Shown in pieces: positions 17,637 through 24,284 of a stretch of 24,850 bases of DNA (the stretch's first letter is position 1; every line of letters starts with the position of its first letter). The notes beneath the pieces were generated by a model, which saw nothing but the letters and a program-made list of their open reading frames with translations, searched no databases and was not told the DNA's origin. The DNA comes from a virus. Its lineage: Duplodnaviria > Heunggongvirae > Uroviricota > Caudoviricetes. The stretch lies in the IMG/VR virus record IMGVR_UViG_2565956726_000010; one strand, written 5' to 3'. Made by a program: the position numbers and the translations under genes.

Positions 17637-18855
17637 CGTTCTTTTCCTCTTTGCCTTTCGTATCTTTAAAGTTATTCAACGGATTTGCTGCATTTACGCT
17701 GACCAGCATTTCATCCAGACCGTCAACCGGGTTCATATCCTCAAATGCCCTGGCTTCATTCCGACTCATCCAGCCATCTGTAATGGCAAAGTGATAGAAC
17801 TGCGCACGCTCCTGTGGGGTCCCACGGAGCAACCCCGTGAGGTTGAAACGAACGTAATACCCGGCAGCCCGTTCTGTACGGGTAAACAGGCGACGGTTAA
17901 GCTCCTGCTCCCAGTTCGCAACCCAGGGCATCATCGTGTAGCGAACAAACTGAATCGCCTGCTGCGTAATATTCGAAAATGTGGCTTTTTCCAGGTCATT
18001 AATCATGTGCGCCGGGACATTAAAAATCCCGGCAATCATCGACCGGTTCAGCTTGGTCATATCAATGATCTGAGCATCCACCGGAGAAACTGTCAGAGCG
18101 CGGTAATCCAGTTGCGCAGGCAGCAACATGGTTTTATTTTCCTGGCTGCGAAGCGCTGTCACCGCCCGCTGCCACATATTTTTAAGCCTGCCCCAGCTTT
18201 GTTCGTTCAGTTCATTTTTCACAGAAATAATACCGGCAGGACGGGCATTACCGTTAAAAAAGGCGCTGGTATACTGCTGGCCACTCATTCCCATACCAAT
18301 GGTTTCAGCATGCTGCATGATCGGGCTCAGTCCCATTTTCTGATTGTTTCCCAGCGCCCTGATATGGATCATGTCGTCCGGACTTACCGCAAATGCACCC
18401 TCTTCGTTATACACCCCGTAAGTATGACGCCCACCGGTGTTAAGTAACGTGGTTTCCCATGGCATACAGCATTCAAGGCTGGTAACCTCTCCACGACGAT
18501 TACGTTTTACCCACGTATAACCATTGCCCCACCCCAGCACATGACGCTGCTTCAGTTCCCGCCACTTATAGCTGGTCTGCCAGGCATTAGGTTCATCATG
18601 AACGAGCCAGAACAACGGATGATCGCGTGCCGGCTGAACATGCTCATTCGTTTTTCGCATCACATGCAGGGGCATCTGAGCCACACTGGATGAAATAACA
18701 TAAATACAGGCATAGACAGCAGCCAGCTTCATGGATGTTTCCGGACTGACATACACATCCCGGGCAAAAATATTATCCGTCTCAGCGGCCTCTCCGGTTA
18801 CCGGAACCGAGGGATTTTCCAGAGGCTCACTGCGAAACAGAGCATCAAGAAGCAT
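17629..18855 (-). CDS. portal protein (HK97 family)
   Basis: 408 aa downstream of large terminase; strong GAGGAG Shine-Dalgarno 5 nt before ATG 18855..18853. Confidence 0.9.
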   Translation of the reverse strand: MLLDALFRSEPLENPSVPVTGEAAETDNIFARDVYVSPETSMKLAAVYACIYVISSSVAQMPLHVMRKTNEHVQPARDHPLFWLVHDEPNAWQTSYKWRELKQRHVLGWGNGYTWVKRNRRGEVTSLECCMPWETTLLNTGGRHTYGVYNEEGAFAVSPDDMIHIRALGNNQKMGLSPIMQHAETIGMGMSGQQYTSAFFNGNARPAGIISVKNELNEQSWGRLKNMWQRAVTALRSQENKTMLLPAQLDYRALTVSPVDAQIIDMTKLNRSMIAGIFNVPAHMINDLEKATFSNITQQAIQFVRYTMMPWVANWEQELNRRLFTRTERAAGYYVRFNLTGLLRGTPQERAQFYHFAITDGWMSRNEARAFEDMNPVDGLDEMLVSVNAANPLNNFKDTKGKEEKNDE

Positions 18856-18985
18856 GTTTTCTCCTCATGGACACCACCAGTGCATAAAGCAGCAACAAAC
18901 AGCCCGACAGCATCAGAGACGCTGGCAGACCTGCATACAGATAAACGCCAGCAGTGAGCAAACCGAAACCGATCAGCCCGGTCAT
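18845..18985 (-). CDS. possible small hydrophobic protein (46 aa) between terminase and portal
   Basis: ATG 18985..18983 to TGA 18847..18845; translation MTGLIGFGLLTAGVYLYAGLPASLMLSGCLLLLYALVVSMRRKHAS is one or two TM helices; not in the ORF track (below size cutoff); no convincing Shine-Dalgarno. Confidence 0.3.
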   Translation of the reverse strand: MTGLIGFGLLTAGVYLYAGLPASLMLSGCLLLLYALVVSMRRKHAS

Positions 18986-19002
18986 ATCAGTAATAAGCTG
19001 TT

Positions 19003-20760
19003 TCACAGAATTAACAGGTCCTCATCAGGATCAAGCGTGGACAGAAAGTCATTCACGCCCCCTCCATTTACCAGAAAGCGGCTCATGGCTGTAAAAAGCG
19101 CAACAGGGCCGTCGATTTTGGCTTCCGGCGTGGATTTATTCGGGAAGATGTTGTCGTTTTTGTCCGGTTTTACAGTAACGTTAGACATCATCCAGTTCAT
19201 GACCGGATGATTGCTGTGATGGAAACGCCCGGCATAAACCAGTGATTCCGTTTCCTTCATGGCCTCTGACAGATTGCGGACCGTCTGCGGAACCTCCACC
19301 AGCGGTATCCCTTCTTCAGCCAGTGCCAGGCTGAACTGCATTGCGCTCCACGGGTCAAATCCCAGTTCCCTGAGGTTTTCACCGCCAATCCATTCCAGTA
19401 AGTCACTTTTTATCTGAGCATGATCGATAACATCACCATCCGTCAGGATGAGCTTATCCATCTCCGCCCACTTCCGGTAAAGTTCTGCCTGCTGCCGCGA
19501 GCATCGTTCCAGCCGTCCTTCCGGAAGCCAGAATTTAAAATCAGCATGAACATGTCCGTTATCGGTTCGCCAGAGTTTTGCCGCCGCACAGATATCAATC
19601 TTATGAGCAAGGTCGACGCCGACCCACATGGGATATGTTTTCAGCTCATGTTGTGGAGCAATGTATTCGCACTTCTCCCACTTAATCATATCCATCCAGG
19701 CAGATTCGGCAGTGACCCACACATTCATGTGTTTGGTAAAAAAATTCACCCGCGCAGAGACCTGCTCCTTCGCTTTTTTCGCCAGACGACGCAGATCATC
19801 CCAGCGTTTACAGATGCCCAGGCCAGGATTCGCTTTCTGCCAGACCGTTTCATCAAACGGATCATCTCCCTCATCAAGCGTGTAAATGATCGCAAAGTAA
19901 GAGTCGTCTTTTACAGCGCCCTCCACGTCGCTGTTATAGCCTCGCAATACCTTGATGGCGTAATCACGCTGCTCGTAACAAATCCCTTCCTTGTTAAAGC
20001 CAGCCGTGGTGATACCAAATAACAGGGACTGCAGACGGGCACCGGTTGCCGTTTCCAGAACGTCCCACACGTCGCGGGTTTTATGTGCATGCAGCTCATC
20101 AATAATGGCGCAGTGGATGTTCAGACCGTCCAGGTTGTTTGCATCCGAGGAAAGCGGTTCAAATTTTGATGCGCTCTGCTCCTGGTAAATCGCCAGCTTG
20201 TTGAAATCAAACAACCGCCCGAGTGTCGACCGGGCTTTTCTGACCATATTTTTGGCGTCTTCAAACACGATTCTGGCCTGGTCACGCGTGGTTGCGGCTG
20301 AATACACCTCAGCTCCGCCTTCACTATCTGCCCCCGTCATATACAGGCCGATACCCGATGACAGTGTTGATTTTGCGTTTTTACGGGCGACTTCGTTGTA
20401 CGCCGTCCGGAACCGGCGCACCATCACCGGACGTCCGCTGCCATCGCTGCGCATGACAACTTCCCCGGTTTCTTCATTGACCAGCGGAATGACAAAACCA
20501 AAAATATTAATGAGGATAAATACATGCCAGTCCATCAACTCAATGGGCTGGCCTGCCAGTGCCCCTTTTACATGAGGCACAAATTTGTAGAAATTCAGGA
20601 TGTGCTGCGCACGGGGTTCACTGAAATAAATCCCCCGCTTTTCGCCGTACTTCAGATCATCAAGAAAACGCTGGCAGGCCAGGCGGACAAATTCGCCAGC
20701 AACAATTTCTCCTGCAACAACACGTTCGGCGTAGCGGATCCCGTCAGCCACTTTTGCCAT
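19003..20760 (-). CDS. terminase large subunit
   Basis: 585 aa; Walker A-like region near the N-terminus and acidic nuclease-type motifs; ATG 20760..20758 overlaps the small terminase stop (TGATG). Confidence 0.9.
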   Translation of the reverse strand: MAKVADGIRYAERVVAGEIVAGEFVRLACQRFLDDLKYGEKRGIYFSEPRAQHILNFYKFVPHVKGALAGQPIELMDWHVFILINIFGFVIPLVNEETGEVVMRSDGSGRPVMVRRFRTAYNEVARKNAKSTLSSGIGLYMTGADSEGGAEVYSAATTRDQARIVFEDAKNMVRKARSTLGRLFDFNKLAIYQEQSASKFEPLSSDANNLDGLNIHCAIIDELHAHKTRDVWDVLETATGARLQSLLFGITTAGFNKEGICYEQRDYAIKVLRGYNSDVEGAVKDDSYFAIIYTLDEGDDPFDETVWQKANPGLGICKRWDDLRRLAKKAKEQVSARVNFFTKHMNVWVTAESAWMDMIKWEKCEYIAPQHELKTYPMWVGVDLAHKIDICAAAKLWRTDNGHVHADFKFWLPEGRLERCSRQQAELYRKWAEMDKLILTDGDVIDHAQIKSDLLEWIGGENLRELGFDPWSAMQFSLALAEEGIPLVEVPQTVRNLSEAMKETESLVYAGRFHHSNHPVMNWMMSNVTVKPDKNDNIFPNKSTPEAKIDGPVALFTAMSRFLVNGGGVNDFLSTLDPDEDLLIL

Positions 20761-21242
20761 CAGTCTCTCGCTTTTAAAAGCTCTGCCAGCGGATCAACAT
20801 TATCCGGTCCGGCGGTATTTACTTTTGCCCGGCTTGCCGGTGACATACCAAATTCTGCAAGCATCGCCCGGATCCGCTTCCAGGCATCCGCTTTCATCGC
20901 AGCAGCCGGGTGTGCCTTAATCAGCACATCACCGTTCTGCGTTTCCGAGCGGTAGGTGTACCCCTCAACATCGAGTGTTTCGCAGTGATGCCGGTATTCG
21001 GTATAGGCTTCCACCAGTAGCTCAAGCGCACGCGCATCAAGCTGAGAAATGATCCCTTCCGCATTCAGCTCTTCCGCCATTCGCCTGAACCAGTACTTCC
21101 CCTGCGCCCCTAAATGTTGCGGAATTTTAGGGAGACCTTTTTCATCCTTTTTAGCGGTTTTTTTGAGGTCTTTAACTGGCCGCTTTGAGGGGTTGCCTCG
21201 TATCAAATGCAGGCGTGGCGGGATTTTCGGGGGTCCAGACAT
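20760..21242 (-). CDS. terminase small subunit (P27-like family)
   Basis: 160 aa basic N-terminus (PKIPPRLHLIRGNPSKRPVKDLKK) directly upstream of and coupled to the large terminase gene. Confidence 0.8.
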   Translation of the reverse strand: MSGPPKIPPRLHLIRGNPSKRPVKDLKKTAKKDEKGLPKIPQHLGAQGKYWFRRMAEELNAEGIISQLDARALELLVEAYTEYRHHCETLDVEGYTYRSETQNGDVLIKAHPAAAMKADAWKRIRAMLAEFGMSPASRAKVNTAGPDNVDPLAELLKARD

Positions 21243-21389
21243 AATCGGTTTTACCTATCAATCATTTAATCACATTCCAAAAAAAAGTTTTCGAACCTGC
21301 GGCGATGCGAGGAAAGGTCAGGCGGCGGTACTGAGCAGCCAGGGTTGCAGAGATTTGACCCGCCCCTCCCCTACAGATGGGAACTGTTA
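21243..21389 (-). other. presumed cos (cohesive end) region between HNH endonuclease and small terminase
   Basis: Synteny only: HK97-like phages place cos between the HNH gene and terS; the interval is non-coding and contains a GC-rich motif (aggtcaggcggcggtac) next to A/T tracts; the exact nick sites cannot be identified by eye. Confidence 0.3.
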
Positions 21390-21740
21390 TCAATTGATGC
21401 GTTCGCGCGCTGTTTTTGCTTTATGACAGGGCCAGCACAGACTCTGCAGGTTACTGTCTGCATCTGTGCCACCATGAGCTTTCGGAATGATGTGGTCCAC
21501 AGTTCTGGCTTCAACGGCTCTCCCATTGCGCAGGCAGTTCTGACACAGATGATTATCACGCTTCAGTATGCGCGCACGTATGGCATCCCATTTCGAGCCA
21601 TAGCCACGCTGGTGGCGGCTCAGTCCGCGTTGATGCTGTACCCATCCTTCGCCACGATGTTTATCGCAGTAACCAGAACTGTCTGTGGTTGTACCTGCAC
21701 ATCCACGCTTACGGCAGGCGCGTGGGATTAGTGCTGGCAT
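21390..21740 (-). CDS. HNH endonuclease (terminase-associated)
   Basis: 116 aa with Cys pairs and the HNH core (CQNCLRNGR...VDHIIPKAHGGTDADSNLQSLCWPCHKAK); positioned just upstream of cos/terS as in HK97 gp74. Confidence 0.85.
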   Translation of the reverse strand: MPALIPRACRKRGCAGTTTDSSGYCDKHRGEGWVQHQRGLSRHQRGYGSKWDAIRARILKRDNHLCQNCLRNGRAVEARTVDHIIPKAHGGTDADSNLQSLCWPCHKAKTARERIN

Positions 21741-21758
21741 GTTTCGCCCTTATATAAA
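21728..21758 (+). promoter_or_regulatory. candidate sigma70-like promoter for the plus-strand moron gene
   Basis: TTAGTG then 17 nt then TATATA(AAT), about 120 nt upstream of ATG 21879; by-eye match only. Confidence 0.25.
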
Positions 21759-21878
21759 TCAAAGGTGACCTGCATTGAGTATCTCCATGGAATAGATTTG
21801 CTGCTGATATGAGACAGATCAATAGACTTCATGAGCCAACGGGTGTAGATATTACTTTTTACTTCAGAGGGTTAACTC

Positions 21879-22418
21879 ATGGATATTAAAGATAAAATCA
21901 ATACCATTTTGTTATGTGACATTGCCATCCACCTAGGTATCGAAACTGATATTGATCCACAGCTTGTTAAATATGCTGTGTCATCTGGTAATGATTGGGT
22001 TATCAAGGCCGAATATTCACATTTGGATGTTGACGAACCAAGTAAAGAAGATCGTGATTTTGTTACTGCTGTCTTGAATATGTATCGCGGACTTTCCAAT
22101 GCTTTCAGGAAACTTAGTGATGACGAGCAAAAAGAATTAGTCCGTGACCATCATCTAAAAATACATGATGGGGCAATTCAGCTCCCAGGTTTCGACGGTA
22201 ATAATGAATGCGATTACTTCAGTATCATTGAGGCATATCAGAAAATTGATCGCTTCCCCGAACAGAAACAGCCCATTGCCAATACTCATTCACGTACAGA
22301 ACATCTCTATAACGCAATGCTTGATGAGTTTAAGAAAATTGACGCTGTAAATCGAAGCTGGGATTTATCGAAGGAAGAACTGGCATCCATTCTTTCCACA
22401 GCTCCACGCAGTTTCTAA
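21879..22418 (+). CDS. YfbU-family (UPF0304)-like protein, 179 aa; moron on the opposite strand to the phage late operon
   Basis: ATG 21879 with AGAGG Shine-Dalgarno ~8 nt upstream; AT-rich coding sequence; by-eye alignment to my recollection of E. coli YfbU across four blocks ([24 protein letters not shown] ~ [34 protein letters not shown] ~ [29 protein letters not shown] ~ [29 protein letters not shown] ~ LSANEINQII); followed by a hairpin terminator. Confidence 0.6.
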   Translation: [179 protein letters not shown]

Positions 22419-22423
22419 GTGCT

Positions 22424-22690
22424 TTAGGCGGGTTTCCAACCCGCCTTATTATGCTCGTATATAGAGAAGGAAGCACCCAAATTAACCAGCGCGGATTTCT
22501 TTTCCTCAATACGGCTGTTAAGTTCAGCAACTGCATGCGGGCGTATGGCCTCAAGAAAAGCACTATATTGATAGGCAGACTGGATTGTCACACCAAGCCC
22601 TGCACCACTTTCCAGTATACCTTTCTGTCGCTGTAGCTCTTTCATCTCGTTATAGATGTAATGTGCGTTACTTAGGTTTTCTACGTTCAC
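22424..22690 (-). CDS. hypothetical 88-aa protein (GTG start) convergent with the YfbU-like gene
   Basis: Protein-like helical composition; AGGAAG about 10 nt upstream of GTG 22690..22688; alternative ATG at 22645 gives 73 aa; its last codons overlap the terminator hairpin, which lowers confidence. Confidence 0.35.
   Translation of the reverse strand: MNVENLSNAHYIYNEMKELQRQKGILESGAGLGVTIQSAYQYSAFLEAIRPHAVAELNSRIEEKKSALVNLGASFSIYEHNKAGWKPA
22426..22447 (+). terminator. intrinsic terminator after the YfbU-like gene (possibly bidirectional)
   Basis: AGGCGGGTT-TCCA-AACCCGCCT followed by TATTATG, 8 nt after the plus-strand stop codon; it overlaps the 3' end of the convergent 88-aa ORF. Confidence 0.5.
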
Positions 22691-22845
22691 GCCCTAAGTT
22701 CTTCCTGCAGTTAGCCTGCACTGATTTGTTATGCGCCAATATGTCCCGCTTCGTCTGTTGCATTATCATAAGTAATAGCGTAGGTTGACACCTTGGCTCT
22801 CTTTCGCCACCGGCGAATCTTTAGCGGATTATCCTTGGCCGGTTT

Positions 22846-23313
22846 TTATCTGAGACATTGCTCACGAATGTATAGCTGTGCCCCTTCCAGTTGCTTCTGC
22901 ATCGTCATCAACCGTTCTCTGAGGGTGAAATAATCCCGTTCAGCGGTGTCTGCCAGTCTGGGGCTGGTTGCATTATCCACGCTGGTGGGTCCGGTGGCTT
23001 CACGCACGGCTGCGGAGCAACTGGCATTGACCCGCAGGCGCTTACGACCAGCGGCAACATCAGCGCGCAGAGTTTCATTTTCAGCTTTCGCATTGGCTAA
23101 TTCTCTCGAGTACTTTGCATCGAGCGCAGCAACATCACGCTGACGCTGTTGCATGTCAGCGATGGTGGCAGTCGCCTGCTTCAGCTCACTGACTTTTTTA
23201 TCACGCTGTTCTTTGTAGGCGATGGCGTTATCACGGTAATGATTGACCGCCCACGACAGGCAGACGATGGTGCAGATAACCAGAGTATAAATAATCGCTG
23301 CGACTCTGCTCAC
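22846..23313 (-). CDS. Rz: i-spanin Rz
   Basis: Aligns to lambda Rz ([33 protein letters not shown] vs lambda [33 protein letters not shown]); start taken as GTG 23313..23311 overlapping the endolysin stop; the ORF track's upstream extension begins at a TTG. Confidence 0.85.
   Translation of the reverse strand: MSRVAAIIYTLVICTIVCLSWAVNHYRDNAIAYKEQRDKKVSELKQATATIADMQQRQRDVAALDAKYSRELANAKAENETLRADVAAGRKRLRVNASCSAAVREATGPTSVDNATSPRLADTAERDYFTLRERLMTMQKQLEGAQLYIREQCLR
22908..23093 (-). CDS. Rz1: o-spanin Rz1 (lipoprotein embedded in Rz in the +1 frame)
   Basis: 61 aa [22 protein letters not shown]... with lipobox Cys and a proline-rich segment, C-terminus ...[15 protein letters not shown] as in lambda Rz1; entirely inside Rz. 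Confidence 0.85.
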   Translation of the reverse strand: MRKLKMKLCALMLPLVVSACGSMPVAPQPCVKPPDPPAWIMQPAPDWQTPLNGIISPSENG

Positions 23314-23843
23314 TGATCTATCCCCCAACAGGCTAATGCGCTTTCCTGGTCACGACGAATAACCTGTCCATAGCAGTTATTTGAACGTATGCGGCAATCG
23401 CGCCCACCATCTTTTATCCACCAGCGAATCGCCTCGCATGCGCCCTTACGATCACCGGCATTCAGCCGCTTATAAAACGTCGACGGGAAACACTTACCGG
23501 GGCCAATGTTATAGGGACAGAATGACGCTATACCCGCTTTCTGTGGTTCGGTCAGTGGTACTTTAATATTGCGCTCTACCCATGCCAGCGCCTTATCACG
23601 TTCAATAGCGTTAACCTGGTCGCATTTTTCCTTCGACAGCTTCATTCCCGGTATGACGGGCTTACCATCCACCATTGTGGCACCCCGACAGATGGTCCAG
23701 ATGCCGGCCCCATCGCGGTATGCCGTTGTGTGGTTACCTTCTTTTTCATCCAGAAACTGGTCGAGAATATCAGGCGCGGGCGCACCGACGGCAATCAGTG
23801 CCAGAACGGCAGCCGACAGGCCGTATCTGATTTTTGCGTTCAT
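23310..23843 (-). CDS. R: endolysin, T4-lysozyme-like glycosidase with N-terminal SAR (signal-arrest-release) segment
   Basis: 177 aa; weakly hydrophobic Gly/Ala-rich N-terminus ([18 protein letters not shown]) followed by a catalytic region with E...D...T spacing ([20 protein letters not shown]), as in phage 21 / P1 SAR lysozymes. Confidence 0.85.
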   Translation of the reverse strand: MNAKIRYGLSAAVLALIAVGAPAPDILDQFLDEKEGNHTTAYRDGAGIWTICRGATMVDGKPVIPGMKLSKEKCDQVNAIERDKALAWVERNIKVPLTEPQKAGIASFCPYNIGPGKCFPSTFYKRLNAGDRKGACEAIRWWIKDGGRDCRIRSNNCYGQVIRRDQESALACWGIDQ

Positions 23844-23906
23844 GGATATTTATCAGGATTTATCGGTTTCTGCCCACGGACAGGTTTATCTGTTCCGGTC
23901 AGTGAC

Positions 23907-24257
23907 TTAAGGTTGTGATTCCGGAGGAGTCTTCAGAGAACCAGTAATTCTTCCTGGTAGCTTTCCTTTGTAGGTTATCCACACATTCTGCGCCTCTAAA
24001 ATTACGGGGCGCTTTTCCGGCGACTGCTCATCCCCTTCACATAACCCGGCAGCAACATCCAGGAAGACCTGTCTGATGCTCCTTCTGGCTGCTGCCTCAT
24101 AAAACCCCAGCGCGGCACCTTCAACACGGTCCAGCGAGATGTCCAGGTCAAAAATTTCACCGTCAAAGCGTTTTTTGTCCCGTAACGCTAAAGTTACCGT
24201 AACTTTATTCTCAAAATTGCGGATCCCTTTCACAATCAGTTCATAGTTTTGAGTCAT
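23907..24257 (-). CDS. hypothetical 116-aa soluble protein upstream of the endolysin (possibly DUF1327-like)
   Basis: Native start ATG 24257..24255 (MTQNYELIVKG...) with GGGGAGAG Shine-Dalgarno 7 nt upstream; no hydrophobic segment, so not a holin; I recall an unrelated-function gene in the same position (ydfR in E. coli Qin) but cannot verify family membership. The ORF-track extension to 24311 is an IS2 read-out artefact. Confidence 0.55.
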   Translation of the reverse strand: MTQNYELIVKGIRNFENKVTVTLALRDKKRFDGEIFDLDISLDRVEGAALGFYEAAARRSIRQVFLDVAAGLCEGDEQSPEKRPVILEAQNVWITYKGKLPGRITGSLKTPPESQP

Positions 24258-24284
24258 TGAATTACTCTCCCCGTGCAGCCTTAC

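Noticed and set aside
17791-18447. 218-aa plus-strand ORF antisense to portal
   Set aside because: Shadow ORF; the portal frame is supported by size, synteny and a strong GAGGAG start.
19420-20955. Plus-strand ORFs of 125-200 aa antisense to the terminase genes
   Set aside because: Shadow ORFs inside well-supported terminase genes.
22330-22563. 77-aa minus-strand ORF overlapping the 3' end of the YfbU-like gene
   Set aside because: Overlaps the better-supported plus-strand gene and the terminator; no ribosome-binding site.
22451-22788. Plus-strand ORFs of 61 and 67 aa in the AT-rich island
   Set aside because: Cys/Phe/Leu-rich, implausible composition; they begin inside or just after the terminator; the minus-strand 88-aa frame is the better candidate.
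23844-24284. Search for a holin or pinholin upstream of the SAR endolysin
   Set aside because: No small ORF with two or three transmembrane segments on either strand in this interval; reported as an absence rather than a feature.
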